A stretch of 64,000 nt of DNA, from the NCBI RefSeq assembly GCF_044348475.1, contig NZ_JBIKSU010000004.1:7602-71601 (forward strand), written 5' to 3'. Position numbers and translations under genes: made by a program. Below, one piece after another: positions 56,253 through 64,000 of this stretch. This DNA comes from Daejeonella sp. (lineage in GTDB: Bacteria; Bacteroidota; Bacteroidia; Sphingobacteriales; Sphingobacteriaceae). The stretch's first letter is position 1. Every line of letters begins with the position of its first letter. Under the pieces are notes generated by a model. That model was not told the DNA's origin, did no database searches, and worked only from the letters and a program-made list of their open reading frames with translations.

Positions 56253-57656
56253 TTAAAATCCGTCGGCCTTAATATCCTTTTCTATAACAGGACCATACTT
56301 TGCTGCAATACTCCTAATATCTTCTGATTTACCAATCAATAAAAATTGAAGCTTATCTTTTGGAAAATATTTAGTGATGATCTCTTTTGACCTGGCCAAC
56401 GTAAGTCCATCAACATTGCTCTGAAAATTATTAATGAACGACTCATTAAAGCCATACCAAAACATCTGAGTCAATAAACCAGCTAATTGCCCGGCAGTTT
56501 CATAACGCGGCGGAAACTGCCCTTTAACATAATTCTTTGCCGAAGCCAGTGTCTTTTCGTCAAAACCTGTTGCATGCAAACTATCCAGCACATGCAAGGT
56601 TTTTTCAACTGTTGGAAGCGTAGTTTTTACGGCTGTAAAAGTTGAAATGGAGAAGGTACCAGAGTTTTTTAAAGGTGAGAAACTACTTCTGGCTCCATAG
56701 GTAAGCCCGGAATTAACCCGAAGCTCATCATTTAACCAGGAAGTAAAGCGACCACCAAAAACGGTATTAACCACTTCAATAGCCACAAAATCGGGGTTAT
56801 CGCGACGAATTCCCATTCCTCCAATTAAAAAAGTAGTTTCGCGAGCGTCTTCTTTATTCACCAGAAGTACCCGGGCCGTTTGGGGTATACTAACAGCCTG
56901 AGCAGCAAGGTTGCTCTGCGGAAGACCGGTCCTTTTCCATGCACCAAACAGGCTAGTTATACGTGCTTTCATCACTTTTGTATTGAAATCACCAACAATA
57001 GCAATTGCAGAACCTTGCGGACCATAATTATTTTTGTAAAAGGTCTTTAAATCATCCACATTGAATTTCCCAACAGTAGCTGGACTTCCATTTACAGCAT
57101 TTGCATATACATGGGCACCATAGATGAATTTATCCCAGTAGGCATTGATCACATTTCTGGGGCTTAACTTTGCCTGCTCAAGATTTGAAAGAACACGCTT
57201 TCTCTCCTTTTCAAATTCGTCTTTATCAAATACTGGATCCAGCATCACTTCTTTAAGAATTGGGAGAACTTTTTCAGCATCCTTAGCTGCAAATTTTGAA
57301 GTAATTGTTGCTGATTCTTTACTTGCAAAGGTATTCAGATCTGCTCCTATAAAGTCAAGATCCTCCTCAATTTTGGTTTTTGAATACGATTTGGTACCAT
57401 ATTGTAAACCTGCGGCGGTTAAACTTGCCAGACCAGATTTCTCAGCATCATAGATAGCTCCAGCAGAAACAATGGCAGAAACACTGATCAACGGAACTTC
57501 ATGCTGTTCCATTAAGTAAACGGTTAATCCATTGGGTAAAGTAAACTTTTCATAAACGGGCACTTTAAATGCCAAGGGTGTTTTTTGGGCAATTGCCGGG
57601 CTACAAAGTACCAATGCAATCAGAACAGCTGAGATATTTCTTATTAATTTCTTCAT
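56253..57656 (-). CDS. M16 family peptidase, non-catalytic partner subunit (no HxxEH)
   Basis: 467-aa ORF with a signal peptide and the M16 two-domain layout but no zinc motif. It is adjacent to the catalytic M16 gene. Confidence 0.82.
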   Translation of the reverse strand: MKKLIRNISAVLIALVLCSPAIAQKTPLAFKVPVYEKFTLPNGLTVYLMEQHEVPLISVSAIVSAGAIYDAEKSGLASLTAAGLQYGTKSYSKTKIEEDLDFIGADLNTFASKESATITSKFAAKDAEKVLPILKEVMLDPVFDKDEFEKERKRVLSNLEQAKLSPRNVINAYWDKFIYGAHVYANAVNGSPATVGKFNVDDLKTFYKNNYGPQGSAIAIVGDFNTKVMKARITSLFGAWKRTGLPQSNLAAQAVSIPQTARVLLVNKEDARETTFLIGGMGIRRDNPDFVAIEVVNTVFGGRFTSWLNDELRVNSGLTYGARSSFSPLKNSGTFSISTFTAVKTTLPTVEKTLHVLDSLHATGFDEKTLASAKNYVKGQFPPRYETAGQLAGLLTQMFWYGFNESFINNFQSNVDGLTLARSKEIITKYFPKDKLQFLLIGKSEDIRSIAAKYGPVIEKDIKADGF

Positions 57657-57660
57657 TTCC

Positions 57661-58974
57661 TTATTCTTCTACGTTCGATTTCAAAATACCAACAGTACGA
57701 TTTGACTTATTAAAATATTGGCTTGCCACACGCTTCACATCCTCAATACTTACCTTTGAATATTCAGCAGGCGCATCGAACATCTTTCGGTAATCACCAA
57801 AAAACAATTCATACGTCCCAATATTATTCGACTTTCCATTGATTGTCTCAATCTGAGCATAAAACTCGACCAGCTTCTGATTCTTGATTTTTTGAAGTTC
57901 ATTTTCAGTGATTCCATCTTTTTTTATTTTATCAATCTCTGCATAAATGGCTGATTCTATATCTACTTCCTTTACTCCTTTTGCTGCAATAGCATATATA
58001 TTAAACAGGTTAGGATCGAAACTTTCGCTGAAATCAGATCCAACCATATTTGCCAGCTGCTTTTTATCAATCAATTCTGAATACAGTCTTGATGAATTTC
58101 CGCTACTAAGTACGGCGTTCAAAATACTTAATGAATAATAATCCTTATTTGTGGCTTCGGGCGTATGGTAGCCAATCATTAAATAAGGACTTGGAACTTC
58201 CTTCTGAATGCTTACCCTGCGCTCTCCTGTTTGTGGAGGCTCAACCAGATGAACCGCCTTGGGAGGTGCATTTGCAGGTATTGGAGCCATGTATTTCTCT
58301 GCCATTTTCTTAACTTCATCAACCTTTACATTTCCTGAAATTACTACCACACAGTTATTGGGGGCATAATAAGTCTTGAAATATTTTTCAAGATCTTCTT
58401 TTGTCCAATTTTTTATATCCGTCTCATAACCAATTACCGTCCAGTGATATGGATGCTCCTGAAATGCGCTTGCATTCAATGCATCACTTAACATATTCCA
58501 TGGAGAATTTTCAAGACCAGTACTGCGCTCGGAAAGAACTACACCGCGCTCACTTTCCACCATTTTAGAATCTATATTCAAGCTGGCAATACGATCTGAC
58601 TCGAGGTCAAAAATAGTCTCCATCGAATTTACTGGAAACCAATCTGTATAAACCGTAACATTTTGTGTAGTGTATGCATTATTAGCTCCACCATTAAATT
58701 CCATGGTTTGGTCAAACATTTTAGGCCCGTATTTCTTTGCTCCATTAAACATCATATGCTCAAAGAAGTGAGATAAGCCTGTGATACCAGGATGTTCATT
58801 TCGGGAACCTACCTTATAGAACAAGTACATATTGGCATTGGGAATTGAATTGTCTTCAGCGACTAGGAATTTCATTCCGTTATTTAAGGTAAATGTTTTA
58901 ATATCATCGGCCTTGGTTTGTGCAAACAGGGGAATACAATAGCCCATGAGCAGAATGCTTAGTAATTTCTTCAT
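57661..58974 (-). CDS. M16 family zinc peptidase (insulinase/pitrilysin-like)
   Basis: 437-aa ORF with a signal peptide, the inverted zinc motif HFFEH and a downstream E (ERGVVLSE). Confidence 0.88.
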   Translation of the reverse strand: MKKLLSILLMGYCIPLFAQTKADDIKTFTLNNGMKFLVAEDNSIPNANMYLFYKVGSRNEHPGITGLSHFFEHMMFNGAKKYGPKMFDQTMEFNGGANNAYTTQNVTVYTDWFPVNSMETIFDLESDRIASLNIDSKMVESERGVVLSERSTGLENSPWNMLSDALNASAFQEHPYHWTVIGYETDIKNWTKEDLEKYFKTYYAPNNCVVVISGNVKVDEVKKMAEKYMAPIPANAPPKAVHLVEPPQTGERRVSIQKEVPSPYLMIGYHTPEATNKDYYSLSILNAVLSSGNSSRLYSELIDKKQLANMVGSDFSESFDPNLFNIYAIAAKGVKEVDIESAIYAEIDKIKKDGITENELQKIKNQKLVEFYAQIETINGKSNNIGTYELFFGDYRKMFDAPAEYSKVSIEDVKRVASQYFNKSNRTVGILKSNVEE

Positions 58975-59073
58975 TGGTAGGTATTTGGCTAATTGGAATT
59001 TTATTCAAATTAATAGATATTAAGTCTAATTTTACAATTAAATTGATTTTTCTTTAACCTATTATCGAAATTT

Positions 59074-60735
59074 ATGCTTCCCCGCCATAATTTAACTTCA
59101 ACAGATACATTCAAAGCCCTTTCTGACCATTTCAACAGGATCAAAAAGGAGAAAATAATCGATCTATTCAAGGATAATACACGATTTAAACAATTTTCAA
59201 TCACCTTCGGAGATATTTTACTCGATTACTCTAAGAATAGAATCAATTCAGAGACCCATGAGCTATTATTGAAGCTAGCCAAAGAATGTGAGTTGAAACA
59301 AGCCATTGAAGCTATGTTCAGAGGTGAAAAGATAAATGAAACTGAAGGAAGGGCAGTTTTACATACCGCATTACGTAACCCAAACCATTCGGGTTTTAAT
59401 CTGGAGGGTAAAGATATATTAGCTGATATTCATCGAGTTTTAACTAAAATGGAACTGTTTTCTGACCGGGTGATTGGCGGGCAATGGAAAGGTTATACGG
59501 GCAAAGCAATTACTCATATTGTGAATATTGGCATTGGCGGCTCGGATCTAGGACCCGTTATGGTAACTGAAGCACTAAAAGCCTACAGGAATCATATAAA
59601 ATTACACTTCGTTTCAAATGTGGATGGCTCTCATATCGTAGAAACACTTAAAGAACTTGATCCGGAAACTACCTTATTCATGATTGCCTCCAAGACATTT
59701 ACTACCCAGGAGACTATGGCTAATGCCTATTCTGCTCGCAACTGGTTTCTAAAAGGTAGCGCCGCAGAAGAAGATGTGGCCAAACATTTTGTGGCCATCT
59801 CAACTAATGAGCAAGAAGTTTCAAAATTCGGGATTGATACGGCTAATATGTTTGAATTCTGGGATTGGGTTGGTGGAAGATATTCGCTTTGGAGTGCCAT
59901 CGGACTCAGCATAGCCTGCGGTATCGGATATTCCAATTTTAAGGCTTTATTGGATGGTGCACATGATGCCGATGAGCATTTCAGAAATACAGACTTTGAT
60001 AAAAATATTCCGGTAACGCTGGCACTTCTAGGTGTTTGGTACAGCAATTTTTTTGGTGCTGAAAGTCATGCGATTTTACCATATGATCAGTATATGCATC
60101 GCTTTGCTGCCTATTTCCAGCAGGGAGATATGGAAAGTAATGGAAAATCAACTGACCGCAATGGTATGGCTATCCACTATCAAACTGGTTCAGTGATTTG
60201 GGGTGAGCCAGGCACTAACGGACAACATGCTTTCTTTCAACTCATACATCAAGGCACTAAACTTATTCCTTGTGATTTTATAGCACCCGCTCAGAGCCAT
60301 AATCCAATTGGAAATCATCATCAGTTACTCTTATCTAATTTCTTTGCTCAGACTGAAGCTTTAATGAATGGCAAAAGTAAAGATCAGGTTGTGGCTGAGC
60401 TGAAAGCTGCCGGAAATACTGAAGATGAAATAAAAAACCTGGCGCCATTCAAGGTTTTTGAAGGTAATAGGCCTACCAATTCGATACTGATAAAAAAAAT
60501 CACACCCCATACTTTAGGTTCGCTTATCGCGATTTACGAACATAAAATATTTGTTCAGGGTATAATATGGAACATTTTTAGTTTCGATCAGTGGGGTGTT
60601 GAGCTAGGCAAGCAACTGGCAGGGCGTATTTTGCCAGAGTTGAAAGATGAACAAGCGGTTACTGGGCATGATGCTTCAACTAATGGCTTGATCAATCAGT
60701 ATAAGGTTTGGAGGGAAAGGAAAGGGGAAAGCTGA
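59074..60735 (+). CDS. pgi: glucose-6-phosphate isomerase
   Basis: 553-aa ORF with PGI signatures ([41 protein letters not shown]). The last ~6 codons and the TGA lie inside a heptad repeat. Confidence 0.95.
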   Translation: MLPRHNLTSTDTFKALSDHFNRIKKEKIIDLFKDNTRFKQFSITFGDILLDYSKNRINSETHELLLKLAKECELKQAIEAMFRGEKINETEGRAVLHTALRNPNHSGFNLEGKDILADIHRVLTKMELFSDRVIGGQWKGYTGKAITHIVNIGIGGSDLGPVMVTEALKAYRNHIKLHFVSNVDGSHIVETLKELDPETTLFMIASKTFTTQETMANAYSARNWFLKGSAAEEDVAKHFVAISTNEQEVSKFGIDTANMFEFWDWVGGRYSLWSAIGLSIACGIGYSNFKALLDGAHDADEHFRNTDFDKNIPVTLALLGVWYSNFFGAESHAILPYDQYMHRFAAYFQQGDMESNGKSTDRNGMAIHYQTGSVIWGEPGTNGQHAFFQLIHQGTKLIPCDFIAPAQSHNPIGNHHQLLLSNFFAQTEALMNGKSKDQVVAELKAAGNTEDEIKNLAPFKVFEGNRPTNSILIKKITPHTLGSLIAIYEHKIFVQGIIWNIFSFDQWGVELGKQLAGRILPELKDEQAVTGHDASTNGLINQYKVWRERKGES

Positions 60736-60764
60736 AAGCTCAAAGCTGAAAGGGTAAAGGGCAA
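60716..60764. repeat. Heptad array (agNNNaa family) spanning the pgi 3' end and the entire convergent gap
   Basis: Seven heptads: aaaggaa aggggaa agctgaa agctcaa agctgaa agggtaa agggcaa. This is the same agctgaa/aggggaa family as 54674-54715. Confidence 0.85.
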
Positions 60765-60766
60765 TC

Positions 60767-61831
60767 CTACTGCGGGCTCAGTTTAATCTGAAACAGTTTA
60801 TCCCATTTCTTGCCGGTTACAAATAGGCGTTTGCCTTTGCTATCCCAAGCAATTCCATTCAGTACAAATCCATCAAAATCTTTCATGGTTCTGTCTGAAT
60901 CTGGATAAAGATTGGTAAGATCAAGCTCGCCGGTAACCTGACCATTTACAGGGTCGATCATAACGATGCGATTGGAATTATAAATATTCGCAAAAATTCT
61001 ACCATTAATAAATTCAAGCTCATTCAGCTCATTAACCGGCCCATTGTCATCGTAAACCTCAATAGAACCTTCCTGCATATACGTATCCTTATTCAGAATA
61101 AAAATTGAATTGCTGCCATTGGTGCTGTAAATAACTTTACCATCATTGCACAAGCCCCAGCCTTCTCTCTGATACTGGCCCTGAAATTCACGAAGTAATT
61201 TAAACGAATTCAAATCAAATTCAAGGTTCAGATTGTTTTGATACGTCAGCATCAAGATTTTATCGCCAACAATGGTTATCCCCTCAGAAAACAGCTCATC
61301 TCTAACCTTGGTAATCTGCAAAATTTTGCCTGTAGCAGGATCGGTTTTTCGCATACTTGACTCACCCAACAAACCATCGCTTTCATATAGAAATCCGTTA
61401 TGAAATTCTAAACCCTGAGTATATGAACTGGTATCATGCTTCAAGGTTTGCTGAACAGTAAAATTGAATTTTTGGGGTACCAGCGTAGATTTTACGACAA
61501 TATTAGTACTAATCTCTTCTGGCTCGGCATTTCCACGGTAAATTTTCGCGGTTATTGACTTAATTCCCAGTGGAAGTTGATTAGTTGGTACACTAACAGG
61601 CTTTTCACCTACCAACTTCTGCAATTTGACTCCATCAGCAAAATACACAATAGAATCTGCCTTAGCATTCAAACTAAGCTCCAGATTTACTGAATCACCA
61701 AGGTTTACTGAAGTCCCTGCCTCTGGACTGATCCAACTAGATGCAGAACTGGTGTTTTCTTTAGGTTCATTCGAGCAATTCGCAAACAAGAAAATAGAAC
61801 CTAGAGAAAGACAAATTAATTTATTTCGCAT
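60767..61831 (-). CDS. glutaminyl-peptide cyclotransferase (beta-propeller type) with an N-terminal Ig-like extension
   Basis: Started at the ATG at 61831 (MRNKLICLSLGSIFLFANCS, lipobox). Motifs YTQGLEF..G.LYES.G and NELE...G.I.AN are typical of bacterial/plant-type QC. Confidence 0.82.
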   Translation of the reverse strand: MRNKLICLSLGSIFLFANCSNEPKENTSSASSWISPEAGTSVNLGDSVNLELSLNAKADSIVYFADGVKLQKLVGEKPVSVPTNQLPLGIKSITAKIYRGNAEPEEISTNIVVKSTLVPQKFNFTVQQTLKHDTSSYTQGLEFHNGFLYESDGLLGESSMRKTDPATGKILQITKVRDELFSEGITIVGDKILMLTYQNNLNLEFDLNSFKLLREFQGQYQREGWGLCNDGKVIYSTNGSNSIFILNKDTYMQEGSIEVYDDNGPVNELNELEFINGRIFANIYNSNRIVMIDPVNGQVTGELDLTNLYPDSDRTMKDFDGFVLNGIAWDSKGKRLFVTGKKWDKLFQIKLSPQ

Positions 61832-61860
61832 GATTGCATTTTTAAAGTATTTAGCCAATC

Positions 61861-62220
61861 TTATGGCCAAAACGCATCTTCAATATGGTTAATAACAGGA
61901 TTGCCAAAATTATCAAACAAAACTGAAATTATATCAAATCTTATTTCATGCTGATGGCTCATTAAATGAATGTACTCTTCAGCAGCAAGCACCAGATGTT
62001 TTTGTTTATCAGGACTTACAAAGTCTTCAGGTTCTGCAAAAGAGTTATTTCTTCGTGTTTTTACCTCAACAAAGATAATAGTAGAGTTTTTATAGACAAT
62101 CAGATCAATCTCCGACTTTTTAAACACCCAGTTCTCTTCTAGAATCTCAAACCCTAATTCTTCTAGATATCCCTTTGCCAGCTTTTCACCATCCCTGCCT
62201 AAGATATTATGAACGGCCAT
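61861..62220 (-). CDS. yraN: YraN family (UPF0102) endonuclease-like protein
   Basis: 119-aa ORF with GE..A..YL...G..IL..NW and EIDLI...IIFVEVKTR motifs. Its ATG overlaps the dnaG TAA by 1 nt. Confidence 0.85.
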   Translation of the reverse strand: MAVHNILGRDGEKLAKGYLEELGFEILEENWVFKKSEIDLIVYKNSTIIFVEVKTRRNNSFAEPEDFVSPDKQKHLVLAAEEYIHLMSHQHEIRFDIISVLFDNFGNPVINHIEDAFWP

Positions 62221-64000
62221 TATTTGAGAATCACGGAACCCAGAAAATTGGAAATCCCCTTTTCAACTTCTTTCACCTGCATATAATGCCGCATCAGTAT
62301 GGTCTGATTATCACTATCAGTCTCAGCCTGAATATCATCACGAATTTTCTTAAGAATACGGTCAACCTTACGCTTCTTTAAATGAAAAATTCCTCCTAGA
62401 ATTGTTAATCTCAAATTTGTACTCTCATTCCTCACATAGATCTTCCTTTTTGCATACCAGTTATCACTTAAAATATAGGGCGATGACACCATTGCTATGG
62501 CAAGGTCGGCAATCTCATGATCTGTATGTTTAATAAAATCCTGTTCTGAAGGTAAGGCACCGTTTTCGAGCTGCTTTTTATATTCATCAATGATTCTGGC
62601 ACATAAGACATTTTCGAAATTGACATCGGCCAGATTGGCAATAATGTAGGGTGCAATATAGGTATCGGTAATATCATCCCAATGCACTAATTCATGCCCA
62701 TAGTTCAATAAAAGACGAATTATTTCTCGTTCCTGCTTTTCATCGGTGTCGGATATTCCGGCAAGTTCAGGCTCAATGGAAATAGGAATGGTATCCGGAT
62801 TGTTTTGAGGTGTATAGCTATTGGTGTCCTTTTTTATCTTTCCTAAACGAATCTTATTTAATTCTGAAATAAGAACCCGCTCTTCAATCTGCAGCAGGGA
62901 ACTGCACTCCCGAACAAAAACTGAGGCTTTGATACCATCAGGAATCTTGGCAATACTTTCAACTACCTCGCGGATAATTCCAGCCCTTTTGATTGGATCA
63001 TTTCCGGCATCCTTTAACAGAATTCCGGTCTTGTATAAAATAAAATCCTTTTTATTCTGTTCAATATGAGTTTTAAAGGCAGCACTCCCAAATTCTTGCA
63101 CATACGAATCAGGGTCATGGCTATCTGGGAAATTGACCACCTTTACGTTCAATCCCTCTTCTAGGATCATATCCAGCCCTCTTAACGAAGCTTTTATTCC
63201 GGCTTCATCCCCATCATACAGAATGGTAATATTTTTTGTGAACCGACCAATCATTCGAATCTGCTCAATAGTTAATGATGTGCCTGATGAAGCAACCACA
63301 TTTTCTACCCCAGCCTGATGGACCGACAAAACATCGGCATAACCTTCTACCAAGTAGCAATTGTCTTCATCGCGCATTGATTTTTTAGCGAAGAACAATC
63401 CATACAGCACATTCGACTTATGATAAATATCGCTTTCTGGCGAATTAACATATTTAGGAACAGCCTTGTCTGTCTTTAAGGTACGGCCGCCAAAACCAAT
63501 AACTCTTCCGGTAAAACTATGAATCGGGAACATGACTCTGCCACGAAAACGATCGTATAATTTTTCATTATCCTTGCGGATGGTTAAACCGGTATCTTCC
63601 AGGAATTGAATATTATATCCTTCCTTTAATCCTTGCTGGGTTAATGCATCCCAAATATCCGGCGAATAGCCTAATTCAAACTTTTTAATAATATCATCAC
63701 GGAAACCTCTCTCCTTAAAATAGCTGAGTCCGATACTTTTTCCTTCATCTGTTTCCATCATTTGCTGATGGAAAAATTTAGCGGCCCAGCCGGAAACGAT
63801 GTATAAACTTTCTCGCCGATCGTTTACAGCCTGCTCTTCAGGAGAATTTTCAACCTCCTCAATCTCAATACTATATTTATTGGCTAGGTAGCGAAGTGCC
63901 TCAGGGTAGGTGGCCTTTTCATGTTCCATAATAAAACGAACAGAATCGCCACCTTGGCCACATCCAAAACACTTAAATATGCCTTTCCCTACTGATACAT
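62220..64000 (-). CDS. dnaG: DNA primase (5' end beyond the window)
   Basis: The frame stays open upstream of the track's Met at 63929. My translation there is ...VSVGKGIFKCFGCGQGGDSVRFIMEHEKATYPEALRYL, the end of the zinc-finger domain. The TOPRIM region has EGYADV and YDGDEAG. Confidence 0.93.
   Translation of the reverse strand, partial: VSVGKGIFKCFGCGQGGDSVRFIMEHEKATYPEALRYLANKYSIEIEEVENSPEEQAVNDRRESLYIVSGWAAKFFHQQMMETDEGKSIGLSYFKERGFRDDIIKKFELGYSPDIWDALTQQGLKEGYNIQFLEDTGLTIRKDNEKLYDRFRGRVMFPIHSFTGRVIGFGGRTLKTDKAVPKYVNSPESDIYHKSNVLYGLFFAKKSMRDEDNCYLVEGYADVLSVHQAGVENVVASSGTSLTIEQIRMIGRFTKNITILYDGDEAGIKASLRGLDMILEEGLNVKVVNFPDSHDPDSYVQEFGSAAFKTHIEQNKKDFILYKTGILLKDAGNDPIKRAGIIREVVESIAKIPDGIKASVFVRECSSLLQIEERVLISELNKIRLGKIKKDTNSYTPQNNPDTIPISIEPELAGISDTDEKQEREIIRLLLNYGHELVHWDDITDTYIAPYIIANLADVNFENVLCARIIDEYKKQLENGALPSEQDFIKHTDHEIADLAIAMVSSPYILSDNWYAKRKIYVRNESTNLRLTILGGIFHLKKRKVDRILKKIRDDIQAETDSDNQTILMRHYMQVKEVEKGISNFLGSVILK

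Noticed and set aside
63927-63929. Met at 63929 as the dnaG start
   Set aside because: The frame stays open to the window edge and encodes the end of the primase zinc-finger (CFGCGQGGDSVRF). The true start is therefore beyond 64000.
1-64000. Search for mobile elements, defence islands, toxin-antitoxin pairs, tRNA/rRNA genes and riboswitches
   Set aside because: I recognised no integrase, transposase, recombinase, restriction, Cas or abortive-infection-like ORFs and no tRNA-like cloverleaf candidates. The longer intergenic regions (3955-4219, 20021-20319, 29213-29510, 40990-41237) look like AT-rich promoter DNA without conserved-looking structures. A covariance-model scan (e.g. Rfam or tRNAscan) would be needed to be certain.

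Overview
This 64-kb window reads as an AT-rich, densely coding core-chromosome segment of a Bacteroidota genome (Sphingobacteriia/Flavobacteriia-like; the taxon is inferred from gene content). All homology calls below come from reading motifs in the translations; no database search was run.

Recognisable content:
- T9SS/gliding core operon gldK-gldL-gldM-gldN (minus strand, 1-3954)
- hemD plus a DUF4271 gene
- an Lrp/AsnC-EamA pair
- hemW
- a VWA + AAA+ (chelatase-like) pair followed by a metallophosphoesterase
- an S9 peptidase-histidine kinase-response regulator operon
- a ~16-kb respiratory supercluster on the minus strand (25.0-41.0 kb): alternative complex III actABCDEF, aa3-type oxidase subunits II and I, heme O synthase, two subunit-III-like genes, subunit IV, SCO, DUF420
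- a deoxyhypusine-synthase-like gene
- a block of M28 peptidase, outer-membrane barrel, DUF885-like protein, two serine hydrolases, GntP permease and D-aminoacylase
- prfB with its programmed +1 frameshift, which the ORF track splits
- an M16 peptidase pair, pgi, glutaminyl cyclase, yraN, and dnaG (5' end off-window)

I saw no rRNA or tRNA genes, CRISPR arrays, transposases, integrases or recognisable defence genes.

The signal that ordinary annotation does not explain is a family of tandem arrays with a strict 7-nt period. They fill several intergenic gaps almost completely (52531-52798, 53611-45, 54604-54966, 55006-55096, 60716-60764). They share heptad 'flavours' between loci, keep one register for up to 30 consecutive units, show nested higher-order expansion, and run into or abut stop codons. 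They resemble cyanobacterial STRR heptamer repeats, but here they sit in a Bacteroidota context.
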